Shown: positions 37,415 through 51,684, counted from the first letter of the stretch. The stretch is DNA of 64,000 bases from Azolla caroliniana (GCA_043228905.1 JBHGNT010000020.1:11408001-11472000), one strand, 5' to 3'. The notes: a model not told the origin generated them from the sequence alone. Translations and numbers: made by a program.

Positions 37415-39124
37415 TTACATCAAAAGATTGAAGCCAAAAGGAATAAGAGCCATGTCATCAGCTTCCAAATGAGCTATACAAAACCGTTTGTTCAGCTTCT
37501 GCAGTGTCTCTGACCCTTTGAACCGATGACTCATCACAACATAGTGAAACAAAGGGCAACTCATAACTATTTCGACCAACCCAGGTCCTTCCACTGAGTT
37601 GCAATAAGAGATCCTTAAACTCCGAAGAAATTTACATTCCGTAAGGTTATATAACCCTTTGTCGGTTATTCTTGTAGAACCTAAACTCAAATGAGCCAAT
37701 TGTCTGCACCCTTGGGAAATTGTGCCGAGGCCTTCATCACTCACCCAAGGGCATTCATCCAGATTCAGTGATTCTAAGGTCGAAAACCTAGCAACTATCC
37801 CAGCATCGGAGATCGATTCACATTTCACTAAGCTCAATCTCTTCAGGGATTTGATGTTATTCGCGATGGCCATCAAGCTAAGATTATCCACTTTAGTAAA
37901 GCTCAAGTTCAAGAAGTGCAAATTGGTACATGAAGAGATTGCTGAGAAGCCAATTGGCGATAATCCATTGCATCCTAGCAAATCAAGCAATTCCAGGTTT
38001 TTACTACCTTGTACTAGCATTTGGAGCTCAATGTCTCGGATCCCTCTTCCTGATCTCATTGATAGATGAGTAAGGTCAAGTCCACAAAGACCAAGACTGA
38101 TTTCCTGTGCTGAGTTCTTGAAATGAACTAATGTGAGAGATCTAATAGACTTGCAATCCATTAAGCATTGCAATGAAACTCCAGTTAATCTTGTCGCGTG
38201 GATATGGAGTTTCACTAACATATGGCAACTCCGAATTATCTCTATCACAGCCATATCACTGATAGGTTGATGCTGATTCATAATCATTATCTCTTTAAGA
38301 TTCTGATTTGATTGCACGATGGAAACCACCGCTTCATCTAATTGTGGCCATTGATTTGTATCTACCCTGAGAGAAGTCAAAGTTGTAATCCTTGCAACAT
38401 CTCTAAGGTCTACATTTCTGACTTTAACAGATATTTCTTGCATGCGGGAACAACTATGAGAGATTGATGCAATGGCAAGTCCAATATCTAAGGAACTAAA
38501 CTCAAAACAAACTCGATGCAAAGTTGAGCAGTTTTGGCCAATTAGAGATAAGCCAGAGGGAGTGAAGTTAAACTTTCCTCTAAGAGAGAGCTCTTGCAAG
38601 TATTTGCATTTTGCAATGCCCCCATTGATGCTCTCATCTCCAAGATTAACACAATTCTGAAGAGAAATCGATTGAAGAAGTGGACATCCTTCAACTAAAG
38701 ATATGATGGCCTTATCAGAGAGATTCGGAATAAAAAACAATCCTATTTGCTTGAGATTAGGCCATCGATTTGCGATTAGATCAAAGCTATGATCTGATAT
38801 TAGGGTTTGATGACTATCTGGATGTCCGATTGATAAACTTTCAACAAATTTGAAGTAGAATGAAGCAAAATCTATATCAGAGTCTTCTATCTTATCACAA
38901 CATTGATCCAGATTGAGTTCTTTAATGTTCGGGAATCGATGGGAGAAACGATTCAAAAGTGTTTGTGATTTGATGGAGATTCGCCGAATTTTGAAGCTTA
39001 CCGATTCATTCCATAGTTTGTTGACAGAAGAAGCGGACACCAAATCTTGTGAGGAGACCAAAAGAGAGACAATGTGAGAGACAATGTTGAAATCTTCCAA
39101 AGCTGTGAGAAGAGAAGGTCCCAT
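37415..39124 (-). CDS. F-box/leucine-rich-repeat (cysteine-containing LRR) protein; intronless
   Basis: 569-aa intact ORF. Degenerate F-box (IVSHIVSLL...DLVSASSVNKLW) followed by many AMN1-type LRRs (LESLNLDECPWVSDEGL, LQSISLQNCVNLGDE). Confidence 0.88.
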   Translation of the reverse strand: MGPSLLTALEDFNIVSHIVSLLVSSQDLVSASSVNKLWNESVSFKIRRISIKSQTLLNRFSHRFPNIKELNLDQCCDKIEDSDIDFASFYFKFVESLSIGHPDSHQTLISDHSFDLIANRWPNLKQIGLFFIPNLSDKAIISLVEGCPLLQSISLQNCVNLGDESINGGIAKCKYLQELSLRGKFNFTPSGLSLIGQNCSTLHRVCFEFSSLDIGLAIASISHSCSRMQEISVKVRNVDLRDVARITTLTSLRVDTNQWPQLDEAVVSIVQSNQNLKEIMIMNQHQPISDMAVIEIIRSCHMLVKLHIHATRLTGVSLQCLMDCKSIRSLTLVHFKNSAQEISLGLCGLDLTHLSMRSGRGIRDIELQMLVQGSKNLELLDLLGCNGLSPIGFSAISSCTNLHFLNLSFTKVDNLSLMAIANNIKSLKRLSLVKCESISDAGIVARFSTLESLNLDECPWVSDEGLGTISQGCRQLAHLSLGSTRITDKGLYNLTECKFLRSLRISYCNSVEGPGLVEIVMSCPLFHYVVMSHRFKGSETLQKLNKRFCIAHLEADDMALIPFGFNLLM

Positions 39125-39769
39125 AGCTTAAAAACTAGACAATGAGATTTGATGATGATGATGACGAATCCTTCATACAGAGCTTAATCAGTTCAAACTT
39201 CAGACAATGAAGACAGATCAGTAGAAGAAGAAGAAGAAGGTGAAAGAGAAAACAAATGTGGTAGTCTTCAGTGATAACTCTTCCTTGTTATTCTTCTTCT
39301 CCTTCTGTCTTTTAAATTCATTTTCCTTTACCTCCTTTTCTTCTTCTTCGTCTTCTTCTCTCGCTCTCGATCCCCCCTCAATTCCTGATTCGTTCTTCTC
39401 CTTTTCTTCTTCTTCTCTCTGATTCTTGTTTTATCTCTCGCACTCTGTCTCGGGAAAGCGATCCGACTCCTTCAGTCGGGGCTGTCTACTTTTCTCTGAC
39501 AAAATCTGGGATCGAAGGACAAAAGGTCTGTCTCAGAGATCGCTTCTCCGTGCTCGATAAGTGCCAATCTGTTTTCTGCTGAAGGAAGGAAGGAAGGAAG
39601 GAAGGAAGGAAGGTCCCATGGCGATGATGGTGTCTTCCAAACTTCTTTAACTGAGTCTGCAGAAAGGAAAAATGATAGATGAAGGCCTCATGTTCTACAT
39701 ATTTACAAATCTAGCCTCTCACATACATACACATATATTTCTCCTTCTTCTTCTTTTTCTTCTGTTTTT

Positions 39770-42700
39770 TCGTAAATCAATGTTTTGTTATTAAAACAAG
39801 ATGATAATACAACCCTTGCTATCTTCAGTACATTATGGGTAGTGATAATGCATGGGAAACCCTGTCAAGTGTTGCAAAACTAGATGGCATACCTCTATCT
39901 CCTCTCGGGACAATGTCCCCAAACAACATAGTTGCGAAAATCGCCAGATCAATTTCCCTTTCATCCTACGAAGTTGTTGTGTTACCCTGGCGTGTGAAGT
40001 CCATCAAACCAGAACCCATTTCTCATGGTCCAATTAAACCACATCCCCCAATACCTAAGGTAGTCAGTCAAACACGACCTTATATGATGGTGCAGGCATG
40101 CCTTTTATCGTCATCAATAAAAACCCAGTTAAAAGGTGACCAAATATTGCGTGTTATCGATGCCCGAATTTGTGATATAACCAGCCAAATGGCTTTAGCA
40201 ACCGGACATGTAATGAACCTATGTCTGGCATCTTCCTCAACCACCGTGCAAAAAAAACATGTCCCATTTGAAATATTTTGCCGTTTTAAAGCCATCGCCA
40301 AAGGCAACCCACCAACAATCATGCCAAAGAAACACCTTAGCACGAAACGGAAGATGAGCCTAGCATCCTGCATCCAAAACTCTAGTCCACCACTTTGCAT
40401 GTCGAGTAATATACCATGTGTTTGCAACCTTGGTTGCTAACCAAGCTCTATCTTCAGCCAACTTATGGTATACATCATTAGTGTTCACCACAAAAATTGA
40501 TTGTCCAATACCAAATGACCAATCTTTCCATGGGTTCGCAACCAGCAACATTGGAATCGGGAAAACTAATCTAGGCAATGCCAATATTGATTCCCAAATG
40601 TATCCATATCCCCGTGGTATATGAAACTTATTTCTAAGTGTCCTAAAGGCCATCATTTTCCTACATGACTGTAATATACCATCTTCCACTGTTACCAATC
40701 CCAGCCTGGCCATTCGATTAAACTGTGTATTTAGGCTTTTGCCGTTTTAAAGCCATCGCCAAAGGCAACCCACCAACAATCATGCCAAAGAAACACCTTA
40801 GCACGAAACGGAAGATGAGCCTAGCATCCTGCATCCAAAACTCTAGTCCACCACTTTGCATGTCGAGTAATATACCATGTGTTTGCAACCTTGGTTGCTA
40901 ACCAAGCTCTATCTTCAGCCAACTTATGGTATACATCATTAGTGTCCACCACAAAAATTGATTGTCCAATACCAAATGACCAATCTTTCCATGGGTTCGC
41001 AACCAGCAACATTGGAATCGGGAAAACTAATCTAGGCAATGCCAATATTGATTCCCAAATGTATCCATATCCCCGTGGTATATGAAACTTATTTCTAAGT
41101 GTCCTAAAGGCCATCATTTTCCTACATGACTGTAATATACCATCTTCCACTGTTACCAATCCCAGCCTGGCCATTCGATTAAACTGTGTATTTAGGCTTT
41201 CTTTTCCATCCCAATGTAGTAGCCTTGAAGATGCCAATACCTCTGCTGCCAAGGAATTAGTATCTTTTCTACACTCAGGGGGGCTCCAATGAAATAATTC
41301 CAAGCATCGCTGCCAAGAAAGCACTAATTGCAGGACCATAATAGATTCTGAACATTTAAATGCACGGGTACTATTAACAACATGCCACCACGATGTTCTA
41401 ATTCTGGTTTTCCCATGGTATATACCAACCTTTTCCACAAAATAACGAATTATTTCTGCCCAAGGTTGGGTACCTATGCACATACCTTGCAACAGATTGA
41501 ATCTTCGAGCCACCTATGATCCTCCAAATTTAGTAATGCAACTCCCCCTAACCGTTTTGGAGTACAAATTTTGTTCCATGATACCCAACTCATGCCCAAT
41601 CTTGATTATTTCTTCCACAATGTATATTTAAGTGAACAAGCTAATTGATCAAGTGATTTCTTTGTCCAAGGTAATAATGGCAAAAAATAAGAAATCATTG
41701 GAATCATTATAGCTTGTACCACTTTGAGACGAGTACTAAATGGCCATGCTTGAGACTTCCAATACATAAATTTGTCTAAAATGGTCCCCGATATCCAATT
41801 CAAACTTTGAGACGTTGAGATATCAACACCAATAGGGTAACCTAAGTGCTGACACACATTGCCTTGATCCAATATTTGGCCACACCATCCAAGATCCACC
41901 AAATCACTCTCAGTGCATCTAATGAGCATCGACTTTCACATATTGATATGTAATCCTGACGCCAATGCAAACACATTCCACACCTCCATGGCTTTTGCTA
42001 TATTATCAGGTACCGCTTTGAGAAATAAGAACGAATCATTGGGCAATGCTTGTGCTATCAATTGTTTTCCTGATGGCAGAGCTAGTCCAACTATTTCCCC
42101 ACATGTTGCCAACTCATGCATCTTCACCAAAATCGGGTGTGTAGCAATTGCAAATAACAATGGACTCAATGGGCATCCTTGTCGAAGTGATCTTGCCAAT
42201 GGTATTGCTTTAGTTACTCCACCATTTAACATAATGTGTGACACTGCACCTAATCCCACCAACAAGGGGATGCACGACATCCTTTCCCCAAAACCCATAT
42301 GGGACAAGAGTTGATTAATAAAAGACCAACTTACATGATCATATTCCTTCTCGATATCTAGTTGTATCATTACAATTTGTTGTTTGGATTCTTTTGCATA
42401 ATCCACTGCCATTTGCACATTCAAAATATTATGCAAGATATCCCTTCCTTTAATAAACCCATATTGCATTGGATGAACCACAAACGACAATACCTTTTGA
42501 AGTCTATTTGCAATTACTTTGGCAAAAATCTATTTGCAATTAATGATATCGGTTTCCATTGAGCAAAAGACATAGGAGATGCCAAATTTGGTATAAGCTT
42601 AACCAGGCCTATTTTCCATGAATCAGGCATTTTACCAGAACTCCACACTTCTTGGAATAACATTGTTAGAGGACCTTTGAGTTATTGTACAAATGCTTTA

Positions 42701-44830
42701 AAAAACTCATTCGTAATGCCATCCCAACCCGGGCTTTTATCAACTGAGAGATGTGACAATAGATATTCGACCTCGTCCTCTTGTATATCCTCCTCCATGG
42801 TCCACATGTCATGTTGCCCACCAATCGTTGTAATTGAGTTAAAGAACATTGATCTCGCTTGTGTTATCTCATCATTTAGATTACCTTCTTGTCCAAAAAG
42901 ATTCTTGAAATGCTTAACACACTCATCAATAATTACTTGTGGGTTTGTATTTAAAGTTCCATCAATCTCTATGCATACCACATTCATCCTAGCATGAGAT
43001 GCATGCAACCCATGGAAAAACTTATGTGAATGACAATTGTGATCATGTACTTCACTTTTCATAGCCATCACCCATGATTGTTGATAACTACAAACCTCTA
43101 ACACTTGTAAAGCATGTGACAATGCCTCTTGAATATCCAACAACACATCATCAAATGGACATTTCACCAACAATGCATTACATTTGTCTAGAAATTGTTG
43201 GATTAAACTCATCTTTTGTTTACAGATGGAAGCTTGATGAATTCCATAATATCGTGTAAAGTGTTGAATATTAGAGAGATAAACATCCCATGATGAAAGA
43301 CCATGAACATTGACTTGTCTAGTTAACTCTTCCACCAATTGGCCCATAGCATGTTTAAAGTTATTATGTCCAAGAAAAGATGAAGTAAACCGCAATGGTG
43401 GTTTTCCCAATAACGATCTAAAATCATCCATAGTTTGATGTGTGCAGTCCAACACAATCGGGAAGTGATTTGATAATCCAATCCCCCTATACACTTGCAT
43501 AGTCATAAGCGATGGCAAGAATGTCTCATCATGCATAATGTAGATTCGATCCAATCTACTCCAAGTCGATCTATATTGTGCAGATTGAAAAGTATAACCA
43601 ACCTCATGTCCATTAATCCAAGTCCATGCATCATACTTTAAGACCTCCATCATAAACAAATCCCAAACCTCTCGTTCAGGAGCATCCATGAGGCCATGCA
43701 TCGAAGTAGATTGACCCACCTCTGAACACATGTTAAAATCACCTAACAAAAAACCTGCTCTTCCATGGTGTAAAACTTGATGTAAACCTCTCCACAGATT
43801 GATACGTTGTCTTGCAACATTTGGTGCATAAATACCTACCACCCAAATCTTATTCCCTTCATAATTAACTTCAACCACCAAGAACCGACCATGAACATCT
43901 CTTTGAACCACTGTTGGTTTCAAGTTGTCCCTTACAATAAGCATTATGCATGAATACAACCCTCCAGTGACCCCAACATAAAACACATGATATTGCTTAT
44001 ACTGAAGAGAAGACCCAAACCTAGCATGCTCCTTATGTTCCACTGCACATAATACATCCCATTGACTAATAAAAACAGTTTTCCACATAGTATATCGCTT
44101 AGACGAAGAACAAATTCCCCTTACATTCCATGTGACTATTTCCATCAATCACTAATTAGGATGTTTGTTGGCCTGTTCATGTTCCCATTGTGCCAATATG
44201 TTGGGTATATCCCCGAAATAATCACTTAAAACTACAAATGCATTTTGCACAGATGGTTGATGTCTATTGGTGGATATCATTGTACCCCGCAAACTATTTC
44301 TTTTCCAATTTTGTTTGTGTAATGGTAGATTGATTTTACCATTATTATCAAATCTAAGGTTGAAAGGTTTTGTCCCTTGATTAGATTGTTGATACAGTGA
44401 ACCTTGCCACGGTTTTGACCTTCTTCTCAATTGATCATAATTAGGTGCATAAGACACCCCCATAGGATCTTTAGAGGAGCTACCCCTCTCTTGGCCATAA
44501 TGTTCACGAACCTTCTCTTTTTGGTGCCTTAGATGATTGACCTTAGAGGCCACCTTAATCCAAGTCCCATCATCATCTATTAAGTCTTGTCTTCTTTCTT
44601 CAATATATTTGTCTTTATGTTCCAAAATAGCGACACCTTTACCTTTGTCAACATTTGGTTCCTTAGTTTTGGCACCTCATTGTCCTTTGTGACATACTTT
44701 GGAATTAACACATCACCATGGGAAGTATCAGTCATCTCTACTACCGGTGTTTGTGGACATTTTGCCATGAAATGACCCAAACCACCACATCAGAAGCAAT
44801 GACCAGCAAATGATCCCCAATGCAATTGGT
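39770..44830 (-). mobile_element. L1-clade LINE, decayed: ORF1 3' part and ORF2 (APE, RT, C-terminal Zn finger)
   Basis: ORF1 CCHC remnant (CF*CGGLGHFMAKC). APE IVTWNVRG...GDFN...SRLDRIY...SNH. RT KSPGWDG, QLDIEKEYDHV, RQGCPLSP. C-terminal CFFC...HRFITC. A-rich tail near 39745-39770. Confidence 0.92.
40277..41198. repeat. Tandem duplication of a 461-bp unit within LINE ORF2
   Basis: 40277-40737 and 40738-41198 are nearly identical (one visible T/C difference). ORF pairs 40418/40879 are offset by 461 bp. Confidence 0.95.
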
Positions 44831-45894
44831 AGATTCTATGTTCCAATTAGAACAAAAAGAAAAATAGTAGGATGATAATTAACCTAGAATCAACAATATG
44901 ACATCCGAAATGTTGGTAGAGGAAAAATGTTGCAGCACTCTCCAAATTATGTTGCTATAGTCGTGCCTCCTCCTTTTCCTCTCCAAATTATGTTGATGTA
45001 ATCATGCCTCCTCCTCTTCCTCTCGAAATTATGTTGATGGAACTCTTCTCTACTTCCCTCCTCTTCTTTCTTCTCTCTGCCTCTGTTCTTCTTCTTCTTC
45101 TTCTTTTTCCTTCTCTCTCTCTCTCTACTTCCCTTCTCTCTCTCTCTCTCTCTCAAGACGTTAATATTTCTCCTTCTCCTTCTCCTTCTTTCTCTCCTTC
45201 TTCATCCTGGGCCCTAGGCCTCCTTTCCAAATGGGAAACCAGAAGAAAAAGAAGCCACGAACAGGAAAAAACACCACGCATGCGCTTGCGTGTATGTAAC
45301 ACGAAAAGACCATGGCATCGCAAACATGTGCTTTCCAAAATCACACACTTCTACACTGCAGACATCGCATAAGGTCCATCCCCCCCCCCGCCACGAACAG
45401 GAAAATAATGCATTGAATTCTACAATCAATGTTACAAGAGAATTTGTTTCATATCTTCTGTACTATAGGTAAGTTTTGATTACAATACATATATATATTG
45501 ACATTGAAAATGAAATAATAGACTGTGTCAATGCAAATGCAAATGAATAAAAAACTTAATCACATTCTCCTTAAAGAGATTGATGAATTTATAGCACAAA
45601 CTTCCAACACCAATGAACCACTTGCATATGATGAAAACAATGCAGATTCTGAGTTTGTTGATATGCAAGTTATGCATGGATGCTCAAGGGAAGATGATGT
45701 GATTATTCATGAATTGTTGCAAGATATTGTTGATAATGAACACATGCTCAATTCAATCATGATGACAACTTATTTGTGTTTAGAAAAAGCAAATCAAGTA
45801 AAATCAACTTTATTGAATGCTTATAGAATTATTTAAGAAGCAAATTTTGTCATTATTTCTATGCATATAGCTAAAACTAGGCAAATGTCCTTAG

Positions 45895-46944
45895 TGTCAG
45901 GATTAGTACTAGAGATAGAGAGGAGCGAGAGACTATGAGAGAATCACAAGAGAGAGAAAAGGAGAGTGTGTGTGTGTGAGAGAGAGAGAAATATAATCAC
46001 TAGAATTATATTATATGAAGGGAAGTACAAGGATAGGAATAGCTAAGAGGCTTAAGATTGGCATTGAACCGACTTGGTTGTGAATAGTATAATATGTCGT
46101 TATTTATAGGGTTTTCAGGAGTATTCCTGAAGTTTCTAGTAGTTTCTAGAGTATTCCCAAAGTTTCTAGAATGTTCCAGAGTATTCTAGAATATTCATGA
46201 ATTTTGCGGAATGAAATTACAAATGAAAATAACATTTTGTGTATTACAATAGGTATCTTAATTGTAAGGCCTCGATCTGTGTACTATAAGGTCACGGGTT
46301 CAATTCTTGTTTGAGGCCATATTATGACACTATCTTCCTCTTCGAATGACGAGTTTTACAAGTTGTCCTTAGGTGAGGACCTAGTTTGTTTGGATATTGT
46401 TGATGAAATCCCTCAAGAAGGGCTTGAGCATTTGCGACATTCTCTGTTGGTTCCCAAGTACAGTCACTTGGACTATATATCCTAGCCAATCCACCAAATA
46501 ATAGATCTTATTGAGAACAATCTTGGAATCAAGGATAATAGTAACTTCGTGCTCTACTATCTTAAAGTTCGATTGGGGGCGGAGCTGGTGTAGTACGATT
46601 TGGAATAGAACTTACTTGGCATGGTTCTAAGAGAGAACTATGAAATACTAGATGTATCCATAATCGTGGAGGTAGATCAATGCAAAAGGCCTAATTGTTG
46701 ATTATCCAACTTGGCACATGGTCAGGTTTTCTTTATATGTCATCATAGTATTCATAATTGATCTCCAACATCAAAATAGGATGGAAGCCGATGAAGATAT
46801 GGATTGTCTTTCTATGTCAATTGAGCTTGATGTAGATGACTAGAAAGTTCTGACTGAATTTGCCGTAGTCGATCCAAATGATCGTGAGCACTAGAATTTG
46901 TTGGTAATTGGGGAGTTTCGAATAAACACCATTGAGAACATTGG
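45895..46944 (-). mobile_element. Degraded chromovirus 3' end with LTR 45895-46329
   Basis: Chromodomain remnant GYSPSDCTWEPTENVANAQALLEGFHQQYP on -. PPT GAAGAGGAAGATAG. LTR with TGTCA...TGACA termini. Confidence 0.75.
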
Positions 46945-49900
46945 TGTCGTGAAGATGCGCATGCATGCGTGCTTCGCTTGAACGGGACCACCGGTGTCTC
47001 TGACCAGGGAGGACGTCCGTCAAGTTATTGAGAAGAGGACGATGTGAATGTAAGATTTGAGGAAACAATGCTACACTTGAGAAGATTAGAAATTTGTACA
47101 CTCGAGAAGAATATTATATTGATGGTGATGGTGATGATGATGATATCACATATTGAGCCCCACCCCTTACACAAGCCTTACGAAGGTTTTTATAGGTCTA
47201 TCCAGGCTTTTAACATGCTCAAATCCATGGGCTTGGACCCATTGTTTTTGGGCACACGGTTTTTCTTGTGGCATGCACAAAACCATAGGCTTAAAAACCA
47301 TGGTTTTGTGCATATGGTTTTGTACATTTGTTTCCTATGGAATACTGAATATGACAAGGAAATATACAAAATGTAGAGCACTTGGTAGTAGCTTTAGTGG
47401 TAAGTTAATTGCCTCCTATCTTGGAGGTGCAAGGTTGAAATCTTACTTGCACCTCTCTATACACACTCAATGCAATTAGACCCTAGGATTATTTATTATT
47501 GATTTATTTTCATTTTTACAGGTATTTGTGTAATGTGCGTGGAACCACACTATTTCACTTTTTCTCCCACTGGACGTGCAACATCACGACATCCACCCCC
47601 ACCAAACTACACATCCTCTGGTATGTGCCAAGAAGAAAAGAGTGATGTGACGGGGTCAAAGGTGGTTGGTCTTTGATTTCCTCCTTTTTGTCCTCTACTT
47701 CAAACATGTCTCTTGTTTCTACCCAAACTGTCGTTGCCATCTGATCCACCATATCATTCAGTCACCTTTTGCATTGCTATGTTTGGTTGTCATGGCTCCC
47801 TTTGCTCCTCCCGAGCATAATGCTTCATGCCTCATGCATGTGCCACCTTCATCTCGGCCATCTCCTTGGTCACCTAAATTTTCTTGTTCCATACATGCCT
47901 TCGCAAGGCCTTATCAGAATACTGATGTTGACTATGCTTGGTGGCCCATTCTTCAATTGCATGCTCACCACTAGGTCCTTAAGTGACCATATTGCATGCT
48001 TCCCACTTTGTCCACATTCGTGGTATACTCTCGTGTTAGAATTGACCACGATGCTAGTGTCATCCTTGTTAGATGTTGTGATCACATCCTTCGGATCCAC
48101 CTGGCCCGCTTGGCGCTCGTCATCCCTTGTGGAGCTTTGCTCGGTCTCTTTGTCGTATACACCGGCTTTGTCAATCCCCTTGCCACCACCTTCCGTCTCT
48201 TGGGTCTCACATTGTCTTTCGTATGCAACTACCCAAGTCTCTAGAACATGTGTGAAGGAATTCTCATCTTGATTGGTGGTTTCCTTTGTCGTGTTGTCCA
48301 TAGCCATCTCCTTGGCTATCTCTCTATCGCACGCATCGACTTCTGTAATTCTGCTTTGCTTGATCTCCTTGTCGCATGCACCAGCTTCAACCCTTGCTTC
48401 CTCACCGCCATTGTCCTTCTCTTGGGTCTTACATCGATTAATGCCCAAGTCTCTCAAACGAGTATGCAAGGATCCATACGTTTTTGTAGTCCACCTTTGT
48501 TGTGCTACCCTTAGCCACTTCCACCTTAAGGTTGTTCGCATCAGCTTTGACCTTTGCTTCTCGCCACCACCTTCCGTCTCTTGGGTCTTACATCGGTTAA
48601 TGCCGAAGTCTCTAAAACCATTGTGGGGAAAGTCTCTTCATGGTTTCCGTCTGCCCTCTTCGCCTGGACATCATTCTCCATGGCTATCTCTTTAGACTCA
48701 TGGGCCTCGTACCCATTAACCCTCTCAATTGAGCAAGCCTCAATTATGGTTCCCTCTTCGTCGCATGTATCAACTTCAACCTTTGCTTCCTCGCTGCCAC
48801 CTTCCATCTCTTGGGTCTCATGTTGGCTTTCAGACGCAACTACCCAAGTCTTAAGAAAATGTGTGGAGAAAGTCTCGACACGGCCATGCGCCATCGACTC
48901 GTTCATAGCCACCTCTGATTCGATGCCATTTTTCGTGGCTATCTCCTCAATCATGTTGGCCTTGCACCTTTTATCTACCTCGATCATGCAAGCTTTGCTA
49001 ATTCTTGCACCTTCATCACTTGATGTTTTGGACACAACATGTGTTCCGAAACGCTCGTCCACTCTCAAAGCGGCGTTCCCTACTCTCAAGTCTTCGGCCT
49101 TATCCTTGAACGTTGTTTCTCTGCAATATGAGAAGGTGAATTGTTCTGCACCTTCTCTCTCGGTATTGTCATACTGAATCTAAGCTTCAGTATCAACGAC
49201 TTCATTAACCCACATTTTTCGGGAGGTCTCTTCTTCCTCGATCACCATTTGCCTCAGTTTTTGCTCCATTTTAAGCTCCTCTTCAACATCAACTTGCACC
49301 TTTAAGTTCTCGAATGCTTCTCTCATCAAAGCTTCTATGTTGAGCGTCTTCAAAGCTTCACTCTTTGAGCTCTCTTCCTTTGGTGGTGGTGTATTGCCAC
49401 ATCTCATCCTCTGGTCCTCCCTTGTGGACCATGATGTTGTCGATAAGATTCCCATCTTTCTCACATACTCTTTCAACATAGGCCCAATTTTCGGTGAGAC
49501 TATTTGCACCATTGTCATCCTCAAGCCGGATTCTAATGGCCTTCCTTTCCTTCAGATCTATCGATTTCACGAACATTAGAACTTTATTCACTCCCACCAA
49601 TCTTCGATCCCGCTCTGAGAGTTGAGAAAAGGGACACGCGAACTCAATGAATGCATGCATGGCACTTTGGTGGGTCTTTAAGGATGATACCCATTGGTCG
49701 AACTCGTATAGGCTTCGTCTCTTTGGCTCTTTGTATCTATGTGCCTCTCGTAAAGTTTCTTGGAAGGACCCCCACAAGTCATGAGCATCATGAAGCTCTT
49801 TCATCTCTTTCTAAATCGTTTCAGCCACCACCCGACAAAAGTACTCTAGCTTCATGGCTTCGTTCACACCTCTCGAATCCATCTCAATGTTATAGGCTTT

Positions 49901-50632
49901 TAGAAATTTTTGGACTTCAACACCGTTGAAATAGCTGACTCGCTTGCCGTTCTTCACGTCGGGTTCACCAGAAGATGTTGTGAAGATGTGTGTGCATGCA
50001 TGCTTCGCTTGAACGGGACAACCAGGGTTTCTGACCAGGGAGGACGTCCGTTAAGTTATTGAGAAGAGGACGATGTGAATGTAAGATTTGAGGAAATAAT
50101 GCCACACTTGAGAAGATCGGAAATTTGTACACTCGAGAAGAAGATAAACAAGAAGAATAATATTATATTGATGGTGATGTGATGATATCACATATTGAGC
50201 CCCCCCCATTACACAAGCCTTACGAGGGTTTTTATAGGTCTATCCATGCTTCTAACATGCACAAAACCATGGGCTTGGACCCATTGTTTTTGGGCACACG
50301 GTTTTTCTTGTGGCATGCACAAAATCATAGGCTTAAAAACCATGGTTTTGTGCATACGATTTTGTACATTTGTTTCCTATGGAATACTGAATATGACAAG
50401 GAAATATACAAAATGTAGAGCACTTGGTAGTAGCTTTAGTGGTAATGTAATTGCCTCCTACCTTGGAAGTACAAGGTTCAAAATGTACTTGCACCCCTCT
50501 ATACGCACTCAATGTCATTAGGCCCTAGGATGATTTATTATTGATTTATTTTCATTTTTACCTGTATTTGTGTAATGTGCGTGGAACCTGTATTTTCACT
50601 TTTTCTCCCACTGGACGTGCAACATCACGACA
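46945..50632 (-). mobile_element. Non-autonomous gag-only LTR element of the tRNA-Trp gypsy family; LTRs 46945-47591 and 49976-50632
   Basis: Two ~650-bp direct repeats with TG...CA ends. tRNA-Trp PBS at 49953-49970 and PPT-like GGTGGGGGTGGA. ORF 49358-49804 is homologous to the N-terminus of the 29564-31501 gag. No RT or integrase. Confidence 0.88.
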
Positions 50633-51684
50633 CCAGGTCATTTGAAACAGGTAATATGTCGTAATTTAAGAACAGTGCATCCAAAAAAGACACAAAGTAG
50701 GCCATTTCACAAAAAGGACCATCACATGCGTAAAGGTTTTTGGAAATTGAATCAAAATATATTTATTTATACCATGTGCAAAAATTTAGGGTTTTCAAAA
50801 AATGACACATATATTTATACATATTTGTGAATCTTCATATTGATGTAACATACAATATTTTAATTTCATATATGAGAACCATCACTTCCTAGAGACGCCT
50901 TCCGCTTCAGACCCACCCGATGAACAAGAAGAGCTTTGTGAGGTCTCATCCTCATCATCACTAACAGCCAATGCATTGTCTTCATCCAATTGCAATCCAA
51001 CGTCACCGTGATTATGAGACATACTCCTTGTTCGTATCTGTAATGCGTCATCAAGCATATTTGGGACCTTCTCTTTTATTATCTTGATTGTTTATTGCCG
51101 CCGTTCTTCTTTTCGCTTCTAGTTGTCGACATTCCCGTTCATATCACTCGAACTGAAGTTGCGTTCCGAGCTAATTATCATCAAGCCTTGTAATCAGCCT
51201 CCGAACGGCTTCAAGGTGAGTTTTGGCCAAGGAAAAGAAGTCGTCTTGCAAATCCTCCCGGATGGTGACAATACTTTCATCATCCATCTTGTAGAAATAG
51301 TCGCCATCCTTCTTCCGATTTTCCGCATCGACTCAGAGAATTTGTAATTCTGCCGCTTGCTTCGACCATTGATTCCACACTTTCCCGCACAATCATCAAT
51401 ATTGGTCTTCGTCCGGTTTTTCCATGCTGTGACTATCATCTGGATTTGTTCCACACCGAGCTTGATACTGTCCTCTGTAGCTTGCTTCTCGTCCTTCATT
51501 TTCTTGATAAGGGTGGCAGTGGCCTGTGCCTGTACATCATAATCCAACAACTTGGTTTGGTAGGTAGTTTGGACCTTATCCAAAGCCATTTTTGCATGTT
51601 CTAATTCGTCATAGTGCTTACTGGTGAGCTGTATTCTTTCTCTTGCCGCTTCTTCCAACATGTTCGCCGTTGAGACAATCATCC

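Noticed and set aside
45525-45836. 103-aa acidic ORF
   Set aside because: No recognisable motif; AT-rich context between TE remnants.
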